From Azolla caroliniana (lineage: Eukaryota; Plantae; Polypodiophyta): DNA of 64,000 nt. This document shows positions 1-10,555 of this stretch, piece by piece; positions within the stretch are counted from its first letter, which is position 1; each line of letters starts with the position of its first letter. The notes below the pieces were generated by a model. It ran no database searches. It had not been told where the DNA came from and saw nothing but the letters and a program-made list of their open reading frames with translations. The position numbers were made by a program, and so were the translations under genes. The stretch lies in contig JBHGNT010000018.1 of the NCBI GenBank assembly GCA_043228905.1, forward strand, positions 7,626,001-7,690,000, read 5' to 3'.

Positions 1-1043
1 CCCACCACTGATTCCAGAGACTCCGGCGGTTGCGATCGAAAGGCAACGTGAGACCGAAGAGACGGAAGGTGGCGGAGAGAAAACGAATGTCGAAGCCGAC
101 GAATACGATGAAGAGATAGCCGAGAAGAATGCTAAGGGTGAAACTACGAAAGAAGGTAATACCGAGGATTCATGCCAACAATATCTAGAGACTTCGGCGG
201 TTGTGTCCGAGAACCAACGTGAGACCGAAGAGACGGGAGATGGCGGCGAGGAAGGTAAAGTCGGAAGTCGGTTCGGATGGAAAATGATCCATCCGAAATT
301 CCAATCTAAAAGAAAGTGCGACAATGCGGAGGTCGGGTCTACGACGGGAGAAGCGCGTAATACAGAGCACGCTCTACGGCGAATAAAGAAACGCGTGTTA
401 TGGCGAATAAAGAAGCACGCGCTACGACGAGAAAAGAAGCATGCATTACAACCACACGAGGACCGAACAACGAGCACATATCGGAGGACCTACGTGGCGA
501 ACAACGGAAAGAAGTGCCGAAAGTCGAACCGGACAAGGCAGGTGAAAACGAAGAAAAGAAAGCAAATCCGGACGAAAAGAAAAGAAAAGAAACCGACCCG
601 AAAGAGCACTGAATCGGTAAAAACCGATCAACCGAGTCCAGATCGACCGAATACAAATCGGAAAGGAAGCCGAACTAAACGAAAGACGATCCGACGAGAC
701 CGAATCGGAAGTAAGCTAATCCGACTAAACCGAAAATCCGAAAAGAAGTCGAGATTGATGAAGAAAAGAAAGAGGGCAAGAAAAGATACTACCGCGGATG
801 ACAAGGACCAAGCGGGCCATGCAAAAAGCGAACGAAGACTATGGTGGATCGGATGGCGACAATGGTTCGGGTGGAAAGAATGGATGTGCTCCAAATGGAG
901 AGACAAAGTCAACATAACAAGAGAAGTCGAGGGTACTACGAGCCGGCAACGAAACCAATCGGGTAGAGACCGGACGGAGGAGACTAACAAACACCAACAA
1001 CTTCGGCACATACCGGAGGATGTGCGGGTTTGGAGGGGGTGAG
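1..1043 (+). mobile_element. 3' internal region of an LTR retrotransposon (charged low-complexity ORF 203-1042, PPT at about 1032-1043)
   Basis: Purine tract GGAGGGGGTGAG lies directly before TGTCGT at 1044. Internal direct repeats at about 16-75 and 186-250, and about 24-bp repeats at 352-450. No recognisable enzyme domain. Confidence 0.55.
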
Positions 1044-1770
1044 TGTCGTAGTGTATTTTGTACACTACGTGAAAAACGTATATAGTATTAGATTCAATAA
1101 AAAATGAAGAAATAGAAGAAAATAGCAAAATAAATGGAACATGCATAGGGCAAGATTCGAACCTTGCACCTCCATGTTAATAATGTAATGTCTTACCATT
1201 ACACTAGCATTTCATTAGTGTTAAAGCATAGATGTCCCACATAGAAAGGTAAATTCACGCTAGGATAAACATTAGAAAAACGCATAACAAAAGAAAAAGC
1301 TACACATACACATCTAGCGTGAATGATAAAAAACGCACAAGTTAGAAAAAGCATGATCACTTTAGATAAAGCATATAGTCTATCTATAGGAAAAGCATGG
1401 GGTCTATAGTTAGAGAAAAAGCATGGATTACTAAGACTTCCTCATCACTACATAAGGATGGGAAGCACAATGTAATTGTGTGTGAAAAATATTTGGAAAC
1501 TGGATATGTTTCTAAAAAACACCAATTAATAAACTATACTCGTGGGATTCACGAGAATTCTATATCATTCTCTTTCAACCGAAGTTTATATTCTTATATT
1601 CATATTGATTAATCTAATACAATACACTTGTGGGATTCACGAGTTTGCTATAACTCTTTCTTACAACATATTTATATTCTTATTAGCCTTAAAACTCTCC
1701 TCTTCCTAGTCCAAAACCCCAGCGGTTCCCACCCGACTCACGCAACGATCTGGCGCCGAAAGGCACGACA
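1044..1770 (+). repeat. 3' LTR (TGTCGT...ACGACA), inserted into a copia 3' region
   Basis: Terminal 6-bp inverted repeat, preceded by a PPT, AT-rich body. Copia-family sequence resumes at 1771. Confidence 0.7.
1141..1211 (-). promoter_or_regulatory. tRNA-like Pol III module (A box and B box) inside LTR
   Basis: Minus strand reads TAGTGTAATGGTAAGACAT...AGGTGCAAGGTTCGAATCTTGC. D-arm-like and T-arm-like hairpins are present, but no good acceptor stem. Confidence 0.6.
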
Positions 1771-2593
1771 CCGGAAGCAGACATAAGGGGAGTGGTCAGA
1801 AGAGAGAGCCGAAGCCAACCAAGGGCGAGAAAACCGAGGACGAATTGGAGACAACCAACTCGGACGAGAGCGAAAACCGATTGGAGGAAGCCGAGTCGGT
1901 TCAGATGTTTGATTCAGATACGCTAAATCAACCAAGGGCCAAGCGGAAGAGATGGCAGCAGAAGAGAAGCCAACACTGCAACAACAAGGAGGCTGAGAAG
2001 GGCAGTGTGAGCAGACAAGCCAACCGAAAGGGGCGAGGCGCGTGGAATCGAACGGGTCGAGGAGCGCAAGCGAGGCATGAAGCCAAAAGGAACCGGACAG
2101 CAGATCCGGAAGAGCAAATGGAACCTCAAGTTGAGCTTGAGGGGGAGTGTTGAGATACAAGCTCAAAATTGGCCGTATTGGTTATGCAAGCCGAGAACCG
2201 GATCGGTTGGGGCCGATCGGTTAGGTTGGACCGGTGCGTAAAATGGGTGCATAAACCAATACGCAAACCAGTGCGGAACGAGAAGCCGTACCGGTGCGTA
2301 AACCGCGAGGTCGTTGGAAAGATATTCCGTGTAGGAATATATTTTGGGAGTTAGCATAGAGCTCAGTTATGAGCATTGAAGTACGTGTCAGTACTTCTGT
2401 CAGTCCGTATGGACTTGTATAAAAGTGCTCATTGAGCACATCCTATGTACAGATTGAGTATTATTTTGAATTGTGTTTTTTTCCTGTGTGCTCTCTCTGT
2501 CTCTCCCGTGTAATGTGCATATAGAAGCTCTCCATTAAACCTGCGTATTTTCTGTGTTCGATTTCCTATTGCTTCCGCACGCTATTCTTTACA
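1771..2593 (+). mobile_element. Ty1/copia 3' end: charged post-RNaseH extension, PPT and 3' LTR (2148-2593)
   Basis: ORF ends ...EPQVELEGEC. GAGGGGGAG is followed by TGTTGAGA...CTTTACA. Homologous to 48767-49680 in the opposite orientation. Confidence 0.85.
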
Positions 2594-2924
2594 ACTTTCA
2601 AGCTGGGGCCCTCTAAATATACAACATGAACAGTTTCCACAATGCCATCGGCCTTAGTAGCAATAGATTTAAACCCTTTAGACACTGCAACATTAGAAAA
2701 CACCAACATATTCACACTCACAAAGTAGCGAACAATCTTACAAAACAACATTATGAACATGAAATATTCTGCAACAAAACAAATTTTTTATCTTCATATT
2801 CATCTTAGAGTTCCATTACATGATGGGGATCAAGCAACAACCAATAATAGTTTTACTTGTCCAAATAGATCATAAAAAACTTGATACTTTTCATACGGAA
2901 AATAGCTAATTATCCTATCCCACT

Positions 2925-3418
2925 AAACATAGAGTCAACAACCCCTTGATCGAGTAATTGGTCTTGTTCCCAATCGAGACCCCTTCTTCAACTTTTTTCT
3001 AGTAGGTTGCCCATTTACCCTTCTTCTTTCACCCATTGTGCAAGTGTGTCCTCCTTTGACAATCTATCCATTGCCTCAACACCTCCTTGCGCATCAGTCG
3101 CGTCTTGCGCAACCTGTTCAAGAAGAGTGGGATTTAGCGGGACATCATCAACAGTTGGGCTCGATGGGGTTGATTAAAGGTTCTGAGAGTCGAAAAAATG
3201 TTGCATCATGTGTTCAAAAACATTGTTGTTATGAACCTCAGACTTACATGTTACCTTGCCTAATTCACTACAATCTTCCAAAAGAATAGAGTGAAGCTGA
3301 TCTGAAGGAGATGTGATAGTAGGAATCTTACTCTTTGCCACATTGCCAAATATCTCCTCATCAGCTGCAACGTCATCTAGACTGGACACCTCATGCAACT
3401 CAGTTAATCCACGAGGTT
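2925..3418 (-). pseudogene. Downstream exon of the RING-H2 pseudogene
   Basis: Splice acceptor tgttgtag|aacc at 3419/3418 follows the TAGCTAAT array. ORF fragment HEVSSLDDVAADEEIFGN... Confidence 0.45.
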
Positions 3419-3429
3419 CTACAACAACA

Positions 3430-3588
3430 TGTGTAAACTAATTAGCAATTTCTCTTTAATTATTCCATACTTGTCTGTAGGTGTTTAGCTACTTCTATGA
3501 AGCTATTTAGCCACTACACTATTGTACTTTTCTACCACCTTAGCTAATTAGCTACTACACTATTGTTGTGCAATAGGTAATTAGCTTC
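3430..3588. repeat. TAGCTAATTAGCTA palindrome array (left part of split intron)
   Basis: Repeated TAGCTAATTAGCTACTACAC motifs that continue at 20712 after the LTR insertion. Confidence 0.85.
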
Positions 3589-3775
3589 TGTCAGGGATAG
3601 TACTAGAGGCAAGGAGAATTAGTACTAAAGATAGAGGAGAAGAATGAGGATTAGTACTAAGAAGGGAAAGAGTGTGTGAGAATCATGAGAGGGGAAGAGA
3701 GATAGATAGATAGATAGATAGATAGATTATATTATCGTCTTCGGAGGTCAAATATGACCTATGAGACCAAAAATA

Positions 3776-6700
3776 TTACATTTCACGTGATACGTGTGAA
3801 AGTGAGTAGTGACTCTCGATGTTCAAAAACTTTACCAATGAATGTTGCAATCGAGAATGCACATTGTGGTTGTGAGAGGAATTCATGCAAAGATTGGCTC
3901 GATCAAAGAGATGTGGAAAGCATGGTCGAATATGATCAAAGGCAGAGCATTGTATCAAAGTGTGATACTTAGACTCACAAACTTGTTTAGGGCAAAGTGT
4001 GCATAGACGACCACTCTCATCACTTGTACCCCAACGCCCTGTTTCACATCGCAATGCATGTGAGCTAAGTCGCATGGAAGCAATGGTTTGAATGGTAGAT
4101 AACGGTATGGGCTCTAACATGTATGGATGTGTACGATTTCCCCGTTCCGCAAAGAATATGGTTTTGTAGTTAGGTGCAACATGTGTAGTATAATATGTGA
4201 AGCGTGAGCCTCCACATTTGTCCCATGTCATGATACATTGGCGCTGCAAAAATGCCTCATTTATAGAGGAATCTACTGATGCATCATGAAGCAAGTGTCT
4301 TGCATCCCATCTACCAAACCATTTTTCTATATCTTGCATCCAACGGGAACACAAAACTTTGCTTTTATGCGTCTTTTGGATCTTTTTGCTTGCTTCCCAC
4401 GCAATTCTAGGAAGTCGATGTGAGGGACTTTTTTGAACCTTAAGCATGTATTCAACAACCCTTTCCATGGCCATGATCTCAATGGGAAGCGATCCTGTCT
4501 CAAGGAGGAGGAGGGTGTAGGGCGTTTGTTTCTTAACTTGTAGAAACTTGGTAAGAAAATGGTTTTGGACATTTTAAAACTCCTTCCACATAGATTTAGG
4601 GATGCTACCGCCCCATACTTCCACCCCATGGAGAAGAACCAGTGTCACCAAAGTGTCGAAAAGATATTTCTTGAGGACCCAACACTTAATATCTCCAAGA
4701 TTGCATGTGTTCTCAAATGCATAGTATGCTCGCTTGCCCGCCTCTAAGCGGCGTGTAGCACATTCATTCCATCTATGATTTGAAGGAACTTCAAGGCCAA
4801 GATATTTGAAGCTTTCCACACATTCAAGTGGCTCATTGTTGTACATAATGCATGGTTTATCTCTTTTTTGGCTCTTCACAAGCATAATCTTTGTTTTAGA
4901 GCTATTGACACTTAATTTAGTATGCATGCAAATTTTTTCCAATGCCTTCATAAGCTTTTGTGCATCTCCTAAAGTATTTGCAAAAAGCACTACATCATCT
5001 GCAAAAGCATAATCACAACATTCCCAATGGCAACTTCTTCAACACATTCTTCCTTTACAAACTTGGTAACCATTTCTTCCAATTCATCAATGCATAGACC
5101 AAATAGTGTTGGTGAGAGTGGGCATCCTTGCTTAACACCAATAGTGCTTTTGAAAAAATCTGAAAGTTTATCTCTCATGTGCACACAACATATATAACCT
5201 TCTCATAAATTCGGGAAATTGCAAGCATATATTCACTTGGCACCTCAAGTTCTTCCATTCGCCTCCAAAGATGCTCACGAGGTACCATATCAAAAGCTTT
5301 CTTGAAGTCTACAAAGCAACAATATAAACCTTTACCTCTAAGGCGACTTTCCTCCATTAATACTCGAAGGGTGATAAGGTGATCAATGGTGCTATGGTGT
5401 TTCCAAAAGCCAGCTTGTCCATATGCTCTCGTACCACTTTTTTCAGCCCATACACTTATCTTTGATTCCATTATACATCCAAATAGTTTTGCCATTAATG
5501 AGCCAACCATGATGGTTCAATAGTTGTTTACATTATTTATATCTCCACCTTTATGTAAAGGTTTGATCCAATTTGTAGTCCAATCGTACGGCATACCATG
5601 TTGCAATGCATCATTAAACATATCACTTATCCATATATGTGCTTCCTTTCTCGTCCATTTGAGCATTTCAACCTTTATACATTGAAGATCGCTTGCCTTT
5701 CGAGAGGCCAATTTCTTAAGTCCTATGCATATATCTTCAATTGTAAAGAAGGGAGGCAAATGTGAAAGGGAACCATAACACATCATCTTTCCGGCAAGAG
5801 ATAACTCATATAAATTCTTACAATGCATAGACAAGTCGTGAAGAGTTAAGTCACCATAACTCTCAACACATTTTCCCTTTAGATTTCCCCAAAATTTAGC
5901 ACATGCATGTGCTTCCTCTTGCGTTTGGATAAATTGTTGAGTAACTTCCCATATTCTTCTCTTTCTTTGAATAAGCCTTTTATACTCATGCAAATGCTTT
6001 TGGTAATTCTCTTTATCCTTAACTACATCCAAAACCATAAGGCACTTTTGAGCTTCACGACATTCTTTATCAAACCATTTTTTCCTAAGTTTCTTGGTGC
6101 ATTTCCAAGATGTGCGGTTGGTCGAAAAACATTTGTTTGTACATGAGAGAATGACTTTCTTGAAAGCTTCCCATTTGCATTCTAGTGTGGCACCATGTTG
6201 TATCTTTGTCATTTGTAACATATCCTCAACCATCTTGGAATACATGGGTGCTCGCTTAAGGTTCATGCTCAAGTGCAGTTGTTTATTATTTTCAATAGCC
6301 TTCTCACAATCAAACCTATGCATACATTTGAGATCAATACATAAAGGCCTATGATCGGATTCCAGTGTCCATTCACCAAGTGAGAATTTATGTATACGAT
6401 CCAAAATACCTTCGGAAAGTAGCACATAATCAATCACACTATTTCCGTTGTGTTTTCTACATGTAAAACCATTAGTGTTGTGCCATAAGGAAATACCATT
6501 TGCAATAAGCAATCCAGTACTATTGCACATTTGTAGGAGTAACTTCCCAAATTGGTCCGGATCTTTTTCATCGCTAGAAGAGCGGTTCTACATTTGCATA
6601 TCCTCTTGCATCCTTGAGATATGTGGCATGAAAGATTCTTGTGAATCAAGTTGGAAACTTCTTGTACGAGCATTCATGTCACCAAAGACAATAACTTCCC

Positions 6701-7151
6701 CTTTGGATTTGAAATAAGCAATATCATCTTCTAGATTGGCAAACGGTTGATCTTTATCCAAACAAGCATAAAAGTTAGAATCTTGATGAGGAATGTAACA
6801 TCCAACTACAAAAGTGGGCAAATCATTAGGTGTTTCTATTTTGAGCCATATGTAGCATTTATTTTCATCATTTTTTATGATTGACACATATTTCTCTATT
6901 TCCTTCTTAATCAAACATGCCACCCCTCCTTGTCCTCTTCTTTGTCATGGATTTTTTTTCCATATCAAAGAGTGTACATTATAGTTTCCTAAACCTTGAA
7001 TCCTTTGAGTATCATGCTCCCATGTTTCAACAAGAAGTGTGATATCCGAGTCATCGGTGAACTCCTCTATGCCAAATCCCGCATTCCATGGGTATCCATT
7101 GCAATTCCAAAAGCATAGTTGTAAAAGGCGTGGGTTAGTCTCATAGATCAC
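3776..7151 (-). pseudogene. LINE ORF2 (AP endonuclease, reverse transcriptase, CCHC zinc finger), disrupted
   Basis: Motifs FWNCNG, LVETW, GDMNAR, SVIDY, SDHRP, FVDFKKAFD, GVKQGCPLSPTLF and FKYLG are spread over frameshifted ORFs. Confidence 0.92.
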
Positions 7152-7157
7152 GTGTCC

Positions 7158-8027
7158 CTATTTGCCTACATTTCCATCTTTAGGCACATCCTTAACCTTG
7201 TTTTTCAATCTTTCTTCATATGCCTTATGATGAGCATTTTGTTGTGAGATAGTACGATCTTCACTCACAAAGCATTGTGTACCTTTGAGGTATACCCAAC
7301 TATTTTCGAGTATGATTCGCCGCTTTGTATCATTTGTCATTGTGCATACAATAGGCCTTTCTCTGGAGTGAGTAACACCATGTTTCCCAACTCGGTGTGC
7401 CCCATATGCATTCACATCTGACATCCCATAATGCATGCTAAAAAATTCACCAATGGCCTTTCCAAGGGATGCGGGTGTTTCCATACTCTCTTCTTTAATC
7501 CCACGGACGACAATGTTCTTTGATCATCGTTCACGTTCTTTGAATTCTCGGACATCTATGCTTTCTATATTCTTCTCTTGATGCATCACATGCATATTAG
7601 ATGAGTTTGATAACACATCCCCACCACATACATCGGCCCATGACTTCGTTGTACATACATTTTTCATCTCACTTACATCCCGCCTCATCGTGTCCAAATT
7701 TTTTTCTTTTAATGCTTCCTTTAACTCAATCTTGTTAAGGCGCTTATTTGTTTCAAAAGAAGCTCTTTTACATTCTTGAATCTCTTCTTGAAGTTTTGCA
7801 ACCACTTGTTTAAGACTTTCATTCTCAATGACAACACTTTGGAGCTTATTATTCTCTTTCATTAACATCCTAATCTCTTCACCTTGCTTGTTTATGGTTT
7901 CTTGAAGAGAAATCAAGTGACTCATAAGCATTTTGTCCATTGCATTAGAATCGAGATTTGTTGGTGATCTCGGCTCATTATCAATCATACCCCCGAACTT
8001 TGCAGCGGTTTTACGAGTATTTGCCAT
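7158..8027 (-). pseudogene. LINE ORF1 (coiled coil plus RRM-like region), one internal stop
   Basis: Heptad-rich 167-aa ORF followed in frame by ...AHRVGK...RPIVC...FVSED, typical of L1-type ORF1. Confidence 0.75.
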
Positions 8028-8210
8028 TGTAGGGACAAACCCTACGGGAAAAGAGAGATAGAGAGGGAAGGAGAGAGAATGTACCTTTCACTCGATTTAG
8101 GGCTTCAAAATCTACCTTCTGTTTGAGGAACCGTGGGGCAAAGATGGCTGCAGATGAAAATGCTCATAACTTCTCGCCACGGTAACGGAATTTAGTAAAT
8201 GAACATTTTT

Positions 8211-8244
<34 letters not shown>

Positions 8245-8463
8245 TGACAACAAGAAGTATATTATATGAAGAAAGATACAAGAATAGCTCGGAGGCTTAA
8301 GATTGGTGTTGAACCGAATTGGTTCTGAATAATGCCATGCGCCTCAATTTATAGTACTCTCAAGAGTACTCCTAAAGTTTTTAGAATGGTTCAGAGTAAT
8401 CCTGAATATACATGAATTTCCTATGGTGAAATAATAAATGAAAATAATATTTTTTGTATTACA

Positions 8464-8535
8464 ATGCATGGTTTAATGGTAAGGGTTCAACCCTTGTAAC
8501 ACAACATCATGGGTTCAAATCCTTTTGGAGCCATA
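8464..8535 (+). promoter_or_regulatory. tRNA-like Pol III A/B boxes in U3 of Tcn1-like LTR (second copy 20622-20693)
   Basis: A box TGGTTTAATGG at 8469 and B box GGTTCAAATCC at 8512. Conserved at 20627 and 20670. Confidence 0.6.
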
Positions 8536-8540
8536 CCATG

Positions 8541-10098
8541 TCATATCATGACACTATTCCCCACCTTTAAACGACGACTGTTACGAGTCGTCTTTGATTG
8601 AGGACCTGGTTTGTTCGGATATTCACGATGAAAGTCTTCAAGAAGAGCTCGAGCATTCGCCAAATTTGTCATTGGTTCCCAAGTACGCTCTCCTGGACTA
8701 TATCCTAGCCAATTGACCAAATAATAGAGCTTGTTGCGAACAATCTTGGAGTCGAGGATGACAACAACCTCGTACTCAGGTCCATCTTCAAGTTCGATTG
8801 GGGGTGAATGTGGTGTAATACTATCTGGGAAAGTGTTGTCTTGATAGGGTTCTAGGAGAGAACTATGAAACATTGGATGGATCCGTAGTTGAGGAGGTAG
8901 ATCAAGGTGAAAAGTAACATCATTAATTTTTTCGTTAATATGGAAAGGGCCTAACTATTGATACTCCAGTTTGTCACACGATCGAGTAGTCTTGTTGTGT
9001 CGTCGTAATAGCCATAGTTGATCTCCAACATTAAAAGAGGATGGAAGCCGATGACGATCCGGATAGTCCTGTGTTTGTTGGGCGCGATGTAGGTGGGTAG
9101 ATATTTCTACTTGAGTTCGTCGTAACCACTCCAAATGATCCTCTACACTAGGATTTGTAGGTAACTCAGGAGTTTCTAAGACACACCAGCGAGGGTGATA
9201 ACCGATATAACTGTAGAATGGTGTAACCCTAGTAGAGAAGTGGATAGAATTATTATAAGCAAATTTAGCAAAGTGTAGAATATCTTCCCAATCATCTTGT
9301 TGATAGCTTAGGAAACACCGAAGATATCGTTCTAACATTTGATTCGTACGTTCTACTTGTCCATCAGTTTGGGGATGATAGCTAGAGGCGAGATTGCAAA
9401 TGACATTGAGCATTTTAAAGAGATGCTTCCAAAAGTTAGAGATGAATTGCAGTTCACGATCATTGATGATACTATCAGGAAGACCATGATGCTGAAATAC
9501 TTCACGCATAACAATTTGTTTGGTTTCTTCACTAGTGATTTCCTTAATACAAGGCACAAAATGTGCCATCTTAGTATATCGATCTACCACTATTAAGATT
9601 GCATTGAAGCTCCTTGAGTTTGGAAGATTTGTGATAAAATTGAGAGAAATAGATTGCCATGGTTTGCTTGGGATCGGTAATGGCTCCAACAAACCATATG
9701 GATGATGTCGCGGCATCTTCGCTCTACAACATGTATCACATGTCTGAACATAGTCTTTGACAAATCTTTGCATATGAGGCCATCAAAATGATCGTTGTAC
9801 TAAATCCAACGTTTTAGTACTACGAAAATGTCCGGCTGTGTATGTGTCATGACAATTTTGTACTATTCAAAGGTGACAAGAACCATTGGGAACATACAAA
9901 ATTTTCTTAAAGAAGAATAAACCATCATGACATTTGAATTATCGATAATCCGTACTTGGTTGTTGTGACCGTGATCAAGATGCTCGAGAGGGATTGATTT
10001 GATCTAGAATAGCTTGAGTAAAAACATCTATCTTCAAATTCTCATGTATGGTATCGATAATAGTGTCAAAAACCCACGTTGCTTGAAGGTGTGCTAGA
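8541..10098 (-). pseudogene. Integrase and group I chromodomain of Tcn1-like element
   Basis: CDTC zinc finger, IVVDRYTKMAHF, HPQTDGQVER, and EYEVVVILDS...YYLVNWLGY...TWEP with aromatic-cage residues. Confidence 0.92.
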
Positions 10099-10555
10099 CC
10101 TAGTATTAGAGATTAGGTACTAAAGTAAGCATAAAATAAGGATATATCAATGATAGATCTAGAAAGAATAGAGAGAAAAGAGAGAAAGAAGGGTGCCGAT
10201 CCACCCGACCACCCCCGAGCGAAGGGATCGAGACGGACTCGAGCCTCGATCGGCGTCCCATACCACCGCCTTGGCGTCGAGTCGTACTTGGACGATAGCG
10301 CGCTTGCTACAAGAGTCGTTCCACTCACGGACAGAGTCTCGACGTAGTCAATGCATGCCCCAAATGAGGGTAGCTAGGCCTCTTATTTATAGTAATTCTC
10401 AAGGCCCCCAACCATGTTCACACTTGGCCTCATGGGTTGTCTCAATCCCGAGGATTAAAAGTAATCCTCCCCTTCTTTAGACTCTTTGTTTAACCCTCAC
10501 ACTTATCCACGTGTATAGAATACTACGACAATTCTCACCACGGGATATTATATGG

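Larger units (their letters stand above)
3703..8211 (-). mobile_element. Near full-length non-LTR retrotransposon (RTEX-like LINE) with (ATCT)n tail
   Basis: ORF1 plus APE-RT ORF2 with C-terminal RLSSHALRCETGRW...CTLC...H...C. Flanked by the (GA)n tract of the host LTR, which is uninterrupted at about 20375-20397 in the other LTR. Confidence 0.88.

Noticed and set aside
203-1146. 279-aa and 172-aa ORFs as host genes
   Set aside because: Low-complexity, purine-skewed TE 3' region with no domain or splice evidence.
1141-1211. Functional tRNA gene
   Set aside because: The acceptor stem and anticodon arm do not pair properly.
1751-1762. TGGCGCCGAAAG as a PBS
   Set aside because: It lies inside the LTR defined by the TGTCGT...ACGACA termini, and copia sequence rather than gag follows.
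10113-10480. Short ORFs duplicated at 10113-10480 and 16674-17041
   Set aside because: Incidental frames within the two LTRs.
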